Shown here: positions 23,782 through 32,283 of the stretch, in pieces
Position numbering within the stretch: the stretch's first letter is position 1
Layout: the number at the start of each line of letters is the position of its first letter
Assembly (NCBI GenBank): GCA_964622365.1
Contig: CAZUPM010000002.1
Span: forward strand, 1 to 41,897
From: an uncultured Candidatus Saccharibacteria bacterium
GTDB lineage: Bacteria > Patescibacteriota > Saccharimonadia > Saccharimonadales > UBA4665
Reading direction: 5' to 3'
DNA length: 41,897 nt
The notes under the pieces: model-generated
What the model was told of the DNA's origin: nothing
The model's input: only the letters and a program-made list of their open reading frames with translations
The model's database searches: none
Program-made: the position numbers and the translations under genes

Positions 23782-23800
23782 GCCTCCAAAGGAGGTGCCC

Positions 23801-24979
23801 GTGGATGATGCTGCCATAAAGGTGGAGCACGTTTCTAAAGATTTTGTGCTGCCTCACGAAAAGGTAAATTCGGTCAAGGGCGTAGTCACCAGCCTGGCCA
23901 AGGGCCGGGCACCATGGAAGGTCAAAGAAACCCAACACGCGCTCAAAGACGTTAGTTTCGAAGTTAAAAAAGGCGAATTCTTCGGCATAGTCGGCCGTAA
24001 TGGCAGCGGCAAAAGCACGCTGCTTAAAATGATCGCCAATATTTACCTGCCAACCAAAGGCCATATCCACGTCAATGGCAAGTTGGTTCCGTTCATTGAG
24101 CTTGGCGTGGGCTTTAACCCCGAACTTACCGGCCGGGAAAACGTTTACCTAAACGGCGCCATGCTTGGCTTTAGCAAAAGTGAAGTCGCGGCCATGTACG
24201 ACGATATAGTGGCCTTTGCCGAGCTGGAGCGGTTTATGGACCAAAAGCTCAAGAACTATTCGTCCGGCATGCAGGTGCGTCTGGCGTTCTCCATGGCCAC
24301 CCGTTCCAAAGCCGACATCCTTTTGATAGACGAGGTACTGGCCGTTGGCGACGCCGACTTCCAACGCAAATGCTACGATTATTTCAATCATCTGAAAAAA
24401 AATAAGACTACGGTTGTGTTTGTCAGCCATGATATGACTGCTGTGCGGCGGTATTGCGACACAGCGTTTTTGATAGAAAATAGCAAGGTTATAAAGCAAG
24501 GAAGTGCAGACAGTATAGCTGAGGCCTATACGCAATTGTTTCTAGACTATAACGAAAGCAGTGTTAAAAGCACTAACAGCAAAGGTAGTCGGTGGGGTAA
24601 TGGTGATGCTCTAACAAAAAGCATAGACATTGAAATTAATGATGAACGAGTTACCGTTGTTCAAAAGGTGGAATTCAAAAAAGATCTTGAAGACCCCATA
24701 GTCGGTTTTCGTATTCGAAACGAAGAAGGCCAGGAAATAACTGGAACCAACACTTTAATTGAAAGGCTAGATACTTCAGCTACAAAAAAAGGGAACGCAA
24801 CTTTTAAGTGGTCTTTCGAGAACGTATTGCCAGAAGATAAATATTGTATAGACCCTTCGATTCTTAATAAAGATGGCATTACTGTATTAGATTGGTGGAA
24901 TGGCGCCGAGTGGTTTAATATTAAGCGCCGCCGCAGGCTTCCTTATATTATTCAACCCTCTTTTAAAGTTGATAGGTAA
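23801..24979 (+). CDS. wzt: ABC exporter ATPase with a C-terminal glycan-binding-type extension (Wzt/TagH-like)
   Basis: Walker A is GRNGSGKSTLLK, the signature is YSSGMQVRLAFS and Walker B is ILLIDEVLAVGD. A roughly 150-aa beta-rich C-terminal domain follows. I chose the GTG start at 23801, 5 nt after AAGGAGG. Confidence 0.88.
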   Translation: MDDAAIKVEHVSKDFVLPHEKVNSVKGVVTSLAKGRAPWKVKETQHALKDVSFEVKKGEFFGIVGRNGSGKSTLLKMIANIYLPTKGHIHVNGKLVPFIELGVGFNPELTGRENVYLNGAMLGFSKSEVAAMYDDIVAFAELERFMDQKLKNYSSGMQVRLAFSMATRSKADILLIDEVLAVGDADFQRKCYDYFNHLKKNKTTVVFVSHDMTAVRRYCDTAFLIENSKVIKQGSADSIAEAYTQLFLDYNESSVKSTNSKGSRWGNGDALTKSIDIEINDERVTVVQKVEFKKDLEDPIVGFRIRNEEGQEITGTNTLIERLDTSATKKGNATFKWSFENVLPEDKYCIDPSILNKDGITVLDWWNGAEWFNIKRRRRLPYIIQPSFKVDR

Positions 24980-24999
24980 AAACAGTAATCAACACCTGA

Positions 25000-26295
25000 C
25001 TAAGTTTTGGCCTCAAGCCTAGACACCATAAAGCTAGCAGTCTTATTCCAGCTATACTTACGAGCGTGCCTTTTATTACGTTGACTTATGAAAGCCAAGT
25101 CCTTTTTTGTACTTTCTAATAACTGTAAGACCGCTGTATATACACCTTCGGCGTCGTTGACATACATAGGTTCTGTTAAAGCAACCTCTTTAGTGGCGTC
25201 GTTATCATAACTAATAACTGGCGTGCCGTAACTCATGGCCTCTAGTACAGGCAAACCGAAGCCTTCATACCTACTAGGAAAAACAAAGACCAAAGCATGA
25301 TGGTAAAGCCAATCTCTAGTTTGATCATCAGCAAAACCCATATAAACTACATCGCCTTTATAAGAAGAAGTTTTTAGGGCGTATTGGATTTCCTCTGTAG
25401 CGATACTGTCATAGCCCTGCATACTATCGCCGGCCAGTACTAATTTGAGATCATGCCCCTCTGCCCGTAAATGATTGAATGCGGTTACCAGGTCTTGCAG
25501 CTTACGTCTTTTATCAGCCCCACCGACATACAAGATAAATGGGATATCCGCATCTAGTTTTAACTCCCGCTTCATATAGCCCCAACTTGATTTGACATAT
25601 TGTTTTAAATTGAGTCCTTCGCCCGATTCACCGGAAGGCAAATTGACCCCAAGCGGCGTAACTATTATTTTTTTTGCGCTAACGCCTACATACCTTACAA
25701 AATCCTTTTTGGTATGCTCGGATATAGAAAATAAGATATCGGCATGCCTAGTATTTAGCCTGATCTTATGCCCGTAAAGCCATCTACGAGCTTTTACGCG
25801 TAAAGCTGCCTTGCGAGAAAATCCATGCCGTCGAGCTGTTTTATAGGACCATAAATATTCCCATTCCAAGACATAAGGTATGATGTCATAGATAATCAAA
25901 CCTCTTTTCATTCGCCATTTCCACCGCGGTAAATGTTGTGATTGGTCTGATTGTAAGAAGAAGTCGACGCCACTTAATTCCTTAATCCTGGAGTCCCCAA
26001 TATACAAATCCTTAAGCTGTACTAGCTGGTTAAAGGCGCTAACGAACAAGTTCAGCCGCCCAGGCAGCTGTTTTTTTACGCGAAAGCAATGCTTTAAAGG
26101 TCTGATCTCGTAGACCAACCCCTCTAGGTTCAAAAGCTCTAAGGGATCATCACTCTCTGGGTAAATATAAAAGATAAAGTTATGTTTCCTACGATCTGGT
26201 TCGGAAATATTGTTAATGAAATTAATAAGCGTGTAGCCAATGCCTCGCATGCGATGCGCACCTTGTAATGAAGATAAGTCCAGACCTATAGTCAT
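25000..26295 (-). CDS. Glycosyltransferase, GT4 family
   Basis: The C-terminal motif is PSRYEGFGLPVLEAMSYGTPVISYDN. Confidence 0.85.
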   Translation of the reverse strand: MTIGLDLSSLQGAHRMRGIGYTLINFINNISEPDRRKHNFIFYIYPESDDPLELLNLEGLVYEIRPLKHCFRVKKQLPGRLNLFVSAFNQLVQLKDLYIGDSRIKELSGVDFFLQSDQSQHLPRWKWRMKRGLIIYDIIPYVLEWEYLWSYKTARRHGFSRKAALRVKARRWLYGHKIRLNTRHADILFSISEHTKKDFVRYVGVSAKKIIVTPLGVNLPSGESGEGLNLKQYVKSSWGYMKRELKLDADIPFILYVGGADKRRKLQDLVTAFNHLRAEGHDLKLVLAGDSMQGYDSIATEEIQYALKTSSYKGDVVYMGFADDQTRDWLYHHALVFVFPSRYEGFGLPVLEAMSYGTPVISYDNDATKEVALTEPMYVNDAEGVYTAVLQLLESTKKDLAFISQRNKRHARKYSWNKTASFMVSRLEAKT

Positions 26296-27464
26296 TTAGT
26301 AATCTCCAGAGCCGTGTCTAAGAATATCTGCGCGCTACGTTTCCAAGAAAATTTACGTGCCTGTTCAGGACCTTTAACAAGGGCTTGTTTTGTCAAGGTG
26401 TCTATATCATCCAAATAATTTTCCATAGCCCTTAGCACAGCACTTTTATCGTCGATATTGATGAGCTTGGCGGCATCACCTACAGCTTCTGGCAATGAAG
26501 AATTATCGGCGCAGATAACCGGCACCCCACAGGCCAAAGCTTCTAGCGGCGGCATTCCAAAGCCCTCATAATGGCTGGGGTAAACCAGCATCTTAGCTCC
26601 AGAAATGACGGCCGGTTTATCCTCGTCAGAAACGTATTCGGACGGACGGATGATGTTATAGCCCTCTTCTACACGCTTGATTATTTTTTGAAAAAGTTCA
26701 TCTGTTTTCCAGCCACTTACCCCCACAAGTAGTAGCGCGGTTTTATTAGTTACGGATTTGGGCAAACTACAGTAGGCATCAACCAAGGCTCCCAGGTTTT
26801 TACGGGGTTCCAGGTTAGATAAAGCCAAAATATAATCTCCCTGGATACCATACTTACGCTTTACTAAATCTATTTCATTAGCGCTTCGTCTGTAAAACAA
26901 GCTTTGATCGGTAGCCGGCGTAGCCACCACCACCTTTTCTTCCGGTAGTTTATAAAAATCTATAAGCTCCTTGCGTGCATTTTCAGAAATGGCGATAACT
27001 TTATTAGTTTTTCTAACAGATTTGCGCACTCCTTTAGACAAGAAAACAGAATTACCTTCATCGGAATACTGCCGGTATAGCTCATAAGAAAGATCAAAAA
27101 TTACTAAAGCAGCCGACTTGCTAATGGCTAAAGGCATATCGACGAACCGCGGGAATATGTATATGCCTTTGCCACACCAAAGGTCTAAAGGTGGTAACTT
27201 ACCACGATGCCACAAAGCGCTCATGTACCTAAACGAAAGAGGGAACCGCTTAAAATTGAGCTGCCTAAAACCGAACTCTAAATATCGCGGCAAAGAATCG
27301 TAAGGGATTATTACAGTCACTTCTGGCATTGGGCGATTAACGAAGGCAGCTTCGTCTAAGATTTCATCAATCCCTCGTAATATGCCAAGTATATACTGGG
27401 CGACGCCGCTAAAATGGCCTTCTACTAAACCTAGACCATCTATGAATATTTTTTGTCTCTTCAT
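26292..27464 (-). CDS. Glycosyltransferase, GT4 family
   Basis: The C-terminal motif is PSHYEGFGMPPLEALACGVPVICADNSSLPE. The gene overlaps the next GT4 gene by 4 nt. Confidence 0.85.
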   Translation of the reverse strand: MKRQKIFIDGLGLVEGHFSGVAQYILGILRGIDEILDEAAFVNRPMPEVTVIIPYDSLPRYLEFGFRQLNFKRFPLSFRYMSALWHRGKLPPLDLWCGKGIYIFPRFVDMPLAISKSAALVIFDLSYELYRQYSDEGNSVFLSKGVRKSVRKTNKVIAISENARKELIDFYKLPEEKVVVATPATDQSLFYRRSANEIDLVKRKYGIQGDYILALSNLEPRKNLGALVDAYCSLPKSVTNKTALLLVGVSGWKTDELFQKIIKRVEEGYNIIRPSEYVSDEDKPAVISGAKMLVYPSHYEGFGMPPLEALACGVPVICADNSSLPEAVGDAAKLINIDDKSAVLRAMENYLDDIDTLTKQALVKGPEQARKFSWKRSAQIFLDTALEITK

Positions 27465-27522
27465 CCAGGGAGTATTTTAACAAATTTAAGTCACTATAAT
27501 AACGGCAAAAGTTGCAGATTGC

Positions 27523-29460
27523 TTATGGCATGCCGTTTGTTTGGGTGTCCCAAAGCGGCGTGCCGTACTGGCTATAAAGCACCAGGTTGCCATCCTGCTG
27601 GATCACCAAGTTATCATTTGAATACCCAATCGTATAAGTGTCCCAAAGCGGCGTGCCGTACTGGCTATAAAGCACCAGGTTGCCATCGCCTTGAAGTGCT
27701 AAGAACCCAGGAGGAATGCCTTCCGTACCGGTATTCCACAACGGCTTGCCGTTTTGGTCATAAAGCACCAAGTTTCCGTCTGTTTGCAGCACCAGACGAT
27801 AGGTCCTGTTGGCCGTATAAAGCGATTGCCCTGGCAACAAATAAGAATCTGGCATGGTCGTATCTACATAAGATAGGTTGTTAGGATTATCTATAGCTGA
27901 AGTTGCCCATAACGGCTGATTGGTTTTACTGTAAATAACTAAATTTCCATCAGACTGAAGATTCAACCAAGCCCCTGAATTATTTTGTGTCTGGCTATCC
28001 CAAAGCGGGTTCATGTTTTTATCATAAAGCACCAGGTTGCCATCTGTTTGCATAACCAACTTAGCGGCATTTGTACCGGCAGTGCCAGAGCTCCAGACAG
28101 CCTTAAAATTATCGTACTGCACCAAGTCCCCGTCCTTTTGCAGGAATAGCACGCTTTGGTTATCTGGCGAGATTATGTATTGCCCAGGAGTAATACTTTG
28201 CCCAGGTGCCATAGTTGTATCACTGGAGTTGGGAGCCGTCCCCAAGGGACTTACGACATTAATCTGGAAGTACATTCCTGGATCGTTCAGCCAAGTGGTG
28301 CCATCGTCTACCAAGTTAAAGTATTCCTTGTAGTTGCCGGTTTGGGTTGGGGCGTGCAGGATAAAGTTGAACACGCCCTCGTCACCCGGCGCAATGGAAG
28401 ACGTCGTTAGCCCCGCGGGCCTTTGAGGATCAATCCAGCTACTGTCATAAAAAACACTTGACCTGTCATTGGGGTTAGATGTACCTAGGTGCAAATATGT
28501 TTGGCTCCAGGTTTGGTAGCCAACGTTGCGTGCTAAAACCTGGGCGTATATATTACCCCCAGGCGCCACGGTAGGCACGCCAGTCAGTAAATTAGTCCTG
28601 CCCGAATCGGAGTATGCATATTGGTTTTCATAGGCCCAGGCATACGGCATGGAGGCTTGAGTAGAACCGAACCACAGCTGGAAGTAATAAACAAAATTAT
28701 AGCTGCCGGAATAACCAGTCACGCTATAGGGCCCAACATATGGGGTATAGCAATATAACGAAGCCGTGGCCGCGTTGGCTATAGTGATTGTTTCCGCCAC
28801 GCCACCCGGATCATAAAAGGTTACAATCCGACCAGGGTAAAGCCCCGTGCTGTAAAGGTTGTTGTTAGGGTTGGTATCCTGGCCATTGGCGCAAGCGTAT
28901 TGTGACGGAGAATAGCCCCAATAACTGTTGCCGCTAGCTAGCTCGTAGCTCAAACGTAACTGCCAGGTGCCGTTATCGACTTGGGTAAAGAAGCCCACAT
29001 ACCCGCTGCACGAATTGTAGCCCATAGCACAGTCAATTTGCGAAGAAGAAGGGCTTGGATCGGTCACTAAAGATTGCTCTTTTTCCAGAGTGGCCAGGAT
29101 AGCCCTGGGATTAATATCGTAAGCCTGAGAAGCATCAAAAATGATTTGGGCGGCCGATATAGTTTGGCCGCAGTGTGTGTAATAGGGTGCTATCGTACTG
29201 TCGCACGCTTCGACGTCCGTATAACCGGCCAGCCCGCTGCCAACGTTTGAGAGGAAGGATTGAATGGCCCCGGCGCTCATAGTGCCATTGTTAAGCAGGG
29301 TGGGGTTGTCAATCAAATTGCTTGGGTTGTAATTTGGCGTAAAAGCGTTTGTTTTTCCTACTATAAGCAGGGTTAAAGTTATTGGCGCTACTAAAACTAA
29401 CACCGCCAGGGCTGCTAGCTTTGGCCTTTTTGTTAATCGTTTAAGAGCTAAAGTTAACAT
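27523..29460 (-). CDS. Secreted protein with two C-terminal bulb-type (beta-prism II) lectin domains
   Basis: The signal peptide is ...LTLLIVGKTNA. Six QxDxNxVxY-type motifs are present: LQKDGDLVQY, MQTDGNLVLY, LQSDGNLVIY, LQTDGNLVLY, LQGDGNLVLY and IQQDGNLVLY. The upstream part contains ...RAILATLEKEQSLV... and a beta-sandwich-like region. Confidence 0.8.
   Translation of the reverse strand: MLTLALKRLTKRPKLAALAVLVLVAPITLTLLIVGKTNAFTPNYNPSNLIDNPTLLNNGTMSAGAIQSFLSNVGSGLAGYTDVEACDSTIAPYYTHCGQTISAAQIIFDASQAYDINPRAILATLEKEQSLVTDPSPSSSQIDCAMGYNSCSGYVGFFTQVDNGTWQLRLSYELASGNSYWGYSPSQYACANGQDTNPNNNLYSTGLYPGRIVTFYDPGGVAETITIANAATASLYCYTPYVGPYSVTGYSGSYNFVYYFQLWFGSTQASMPYAWAYENQYAYSDSGRTNLLTGVPTVAPGGNIYAQVLARNVGYQTWSQTYLHLGTSNPNDRSSVFYDSSWIDPQRPAGLTTSSIAPGDEGVFNFILHAPTQTGNYKEYFNLVDDGTTWLNDPGMYFQINVVSPLGTAPNSSDTTMAPGQSITPGQYIISPDNQSVLFLQKDGDLVQYDNFKAVWSSGTAGTNAAKLVMQTDGNLVLYDKNMNPLWDSQTQNNSGAWLNLQSDGNLVIYSKTNQPLWATSAIDNPNNLSYVDTTMPDSYLLPGQSLYTANRTYRLVLQTDGNLVLYDQNGKPLWNTGTEGIPPGFLALQGDGNLVLYSQYGTPLWDTYTIGYSNDNLVIQQDGNLVLYSQYGTPLWDTQTNGMP
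27545..27687 (-). repeat. Perfect 50-nt direct repeat, 93 nt apart, inside the lectin gene
   Basis: gtgtcccaaagcggcgtgccgtactggctataaagcaccaggttgccatc occurs at 27545-27594 and again at 27638-27687. Each copy encodes DGNLVLYSQYGTPLWDT. Confidence 0.9.
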
Positions 29461-30022
29461 CTATATTAATTAAATCTTCTTCCGCGCCGTTACTGGGGTT
29501 GGGGTAGTAAACTTGCAGCTTGCCACTGTTGGAATGGGGAGTAAAATGCAAGATCCCGGAAAACTTGCCATTAACCACGCTTAAACTGCCTTGGGCTATT
29601 TGGCCAACGGAATTATCGGTAAGTATAAAGCCTACGGTACTAACCTTAGCTAGCCCGCTTAAAGTATCGCCAGATTTGACTGTTTCGTTAGTATAAGGCT
29701 GTTGCAGTGTTATATCGCCGTTATTTGAATACGCCCAATCAGAAGAGGGCGGAATACTGCTAGTGGTTTGCCCCTTTTGGTCCGTGGCTCCGCCAGGAGT
29801 CGCCAGATTGGTATTGCTGGCGGGCAGTTGATGCGGAGTAGGCTGGGACGGAGTGCCCTTAACAGTATTTTTAGAAGTACTTTGAGCCGCATTATTACTA
29901 ACGGTGCTTGATGGAGTATTATTGGCCCAAGCATATATAAGCGCGCCGATAGCCGCGGCAATAACCACGACTACCCCGCCTAACAATAATTTTTTAATAC
30001 CGGAACGCCCGCGTTTAGCCAT
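29441..30022 (-). CDS. Membrane-anchored protein with a Gmad2-like Ig-fold ectodomain
   Basis: After the TM helix LLLGGVVVVIAAAIGALIYAW and a Ser/Thr/Pro linker comes a beta-rich domain (ITLQQPYTNETVKSGDTLSGLAKVSTVGFILTD...GKLQVYYPNPSNG). The domain assignment is from memory only. Confidence 0.55.
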   Translation of the reverse strand: MAKRGRSGIKKLLLGGVVVVIAAAIGALIYAWANNTPSSTVSNNAAQSTSKNTVKGTPSQPTPHQLPASNTNLATPGGATDQKGQTTSSIPPSSDWAYSNNGDITLQQPYTNETVKSGDTLSGLAKVSTVGFILTDNSVGQIAQGSLSVVNGKFSGILHFTPHSNSGKLQVYYPNPSNGAEEDLINIDVNFSS

Positions 30023-30090
30023 ATTTTTATTTTAACTTAACAGGTACAGTTTAATCCATCGCCATACTCTTTGTAAATCGGTAAAAAATG

Positions 30091-32271
30091 CTACAACTTG
30101 CCGATTCGCCAGGATAGCCACCCGGGTGAAAGTTTAGGCGCGTATTCTAAAGTGTAGTTTTTAGTTTTACTGCCGGTAATTATGAAAGGTATCGCCGGGT
30201 TAATGCTTTTGATTGAAGCAAAAGGATAAACGTTATTTATTCTCCAGCCGCCGGCTAAGTTCATATTGAGCTCTATGTTACCCGGGCCGGTGCGCCTTAA
30301 GACTATTTTGTTAGGCGACCAATAAACCACTTTGGCATTATGAGTCATAACGAAAGTGCACGCCGGATCAACGTTGATACCGCACTTATCGGTTCCAACG
30401 ACTTTATCCAAAGTGTCGACGAATGATTCATCACTGTAAACCTGGCCCTTGTTGTTGGAAGTCGCGTAATAAAACGAGCTCATCGGGTTTGATGATACGT
30501 CAAGATAGTTCCTGCCATTGTCGTACTCCGAAAAAGTATTAGCAAAGTGGCTAGGCGGCAATTTAACCTGATAGCTTCCGTCTATTCTCGGCGGCCCATA
30601 GGTAAAGAAAAGTTCTATAGCTGCAAGTGCCAGAAGGACATTAATGAACTTTTTATTGGTTTTCCAGGCTGCCAAAAAAGCCAAAATCGCAAACGACGAC
30701 AAAAACAGCCAACGAGATGAGACCCTGGTCTGCGAATAGCCGGGCAGCAATTTAAGCAAGTGGTAGGGGCTAAACTTGCCAAAGTCCCCAATAGCCAGCA
30801 AAAACCCTACTATGCCTACAACTATCACTGCCCAAACAAAGGGCGTAAGCAGTTTTAAGCCCGTACGTTTTCGCCGTATCAGCTTTGTTATTAACAACAT
30901 CAGGCATATAAAGAAAGCTAAAGACGCCCCCATGCCCATATACATGGAATATTCTGCCCATCCCCACTGCAGATGCGCGGGGATTTTCATTAAACTACCT
31001 ATCGGTAAAAATAGGGCTTTAATTATAACCCCTAGCCCAGGTTTTGTTTCATACAATAAAGCTGCGGGCCTGGGGTTACTGGCTGCATACATATAAGCCA
31101 CCACAAATCGATAGCCGCCCAAAATAAGCGCAACCAAAAAAGCCTTTAGAATAAACCCTAAGTCGCTTTTGGCAACCCGCCATTTATACCTTAACCTGAG
31201 CTTTTGGACCGTAAATGGCAGCGCGTATAAAAAGCTTAATCCGGCCAGGACAAATAGCACCGTCAGTAGCACAAAATCTATGGCATTCCACACGATTACC
31301 GACATCAAAAGCCCAAACCATAGCCAGCTGTACTTTTTTTGACGCTCTACCATAAGGTAAATTAGCCAGGGCAGCAAAAAGAAAGATATGGTGGTAAAGT
31401 GGCTAATGTTATGGCCGGCAAAAAAACCGCTAAATACCCAAATATAACTAATCAGAATGCTTCTAACGGGCGAGGCTGAGATAACTTTACGCAACAAAAC
31501 ATACATGCCCCAAAAGCCGGCTAAAGCATAAATTACATAGGTTAACTTTAAGCCAAAAATAGCGCCAAACGGCAAGACTAAAGCGGACTGTAAACTAACT
31601 AAGCCGAATTGCGGGTTGGCGAACAACGGCACGCCGCCAGACATCCACGGGTTCCAAAGCGGGAATTGATGAAAGTGCAAGACGCTAACACGAAACGCCT
31701 CGTACATTTGTGAGTAATAATCAAAATCTCCAAGGATGAACTTATTGCCGCTTGCGACATATTGGAAAAAAAATAAAATTATCGGTACGCAGAGTAATAA
31801 GCCGAACAAAAGCCTTTTGCTGGAAAAGTTGTTGATGTATCTATGCCCCCTGGGCCTCAGGTCTTCCTGGGCAGAATAAGGAGTAAAGATACGTTTATAG
31901 ATCACATAATTCCAGACAGTGGTGACCATTAAAGCCAACGTGCGGCTTAACACCACTAAATGTGATGGGAAAAGTGATACCACAATTAGCGTAAAGATGT
32001 AATTAAAACCAACAAGCAATGAATAGGCACCCGCCTGTTTTGATATTACTTGCAATGTTCTTTTAAAATCACGGAAAGTAAAAAGTTTTTGCAGCAAAAA
32101 AGAAGCCACGAAACCCACCCAAAACGCAATTGCCACAGAAAGGGCGCTGGAGTATCCTATGACGTCATGCAAAAAAAGCAAGAAGGATAGCTCTATGGCA
32201 TAAGCACCTATGCCTATAGCTACGTATCTAATAACTACGGAACTAACTTTTAGCTTTAGTTTATCAATCAA
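30091..32271 (-). CDS. GtrA-like domain fused to a large polytopic membrane protein (putative GT-C-type extracytoplasmic glycosyltransferase)
   Basis: The N-terminal ~125 aa look GtrA-like, with 4 TM helices (IRYVAIGIGAYAIELSFLLFL...LQKLFTFRD). About 10 further TM helices follow, then a soluble C-terminal ~180 aa. The gene lies directly downstream of a GtrB-like GT2. Confidence 0.7.
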   Translation of the reverse strand: MIDKLKLKVSSVVIRYVAIGIGAYAIELSFLLFLHDVIGYSSALSVAIAFWVGFVASFLLQKLFTFRDFKRTLQVISKQAGAYSLLVGFNYIFTLIVVSLFPSHLVVLSRTLALMVTTVWNYVIYKRIFTPYSAQEDLRPRGHRYINNFSSKRLLFGLLLCVPIILFFFQYVASGNKFILGDFDYYSQMYEAFRVSVLHFHQFPLWNPWMSGGVPLFANPQFGLVSLQSALVLPFGAIFGLKLTYVIYALAGFWGMYVLLRKVISASPVRSILISYIWVFSGFFAGHNISHFTTISFFLLPWLIYLMVERQKKYSWLWFGLLMSVIVWNAIDFVLLTVLFVLAGLSFLYALPFTVQKLRLRYKWRVAKSDLGFILKAFLVALILGGYRFVVAYMYAASNPRPAALLYETKPGLGVIIKALFLPIGSLMKIPAHLQWGWAEYSMYMGMGASLAFFICLMLLITKLIRRKRTGLKLLTPFVWAVIVVGIVGFLLAIGDFGKFSPYHLLKLLPGYSQTRVSSRWLFLSSFAILAFLAAWKTNKKFINVLLALAAIELFFTYGPPRIDGSYQVKLPPSHFANTFSEYDNGRNYLDVSSNPMSSFYYATSNNKGQVYSDESFVDTLDKVVGTDKCGINVDPACTFVMTHNAKVVYWSPNKIVLRRTGPGNIELNMNLAGGWRINNVYPFASIKSINPAIPFIITGSKTKNYTLEYAPKLSPGWLSWRIGKL

Positions 32272-32283
32272 AGGAACCGCACC

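Noticed and set aside
27453-27884. A plus-strand ORF with a striking repeated Cys-rich peptide (CPKAACRTGYKAPGCH twice), reminiscent of a RiPP or repeat peptide.
   Set aside because: The repeat is simply the antisense translation of the duplicated lectin subdomain (DGNLVLYSQYGTPLWDT) of the well-supported minus-strand gene 27523..29460.
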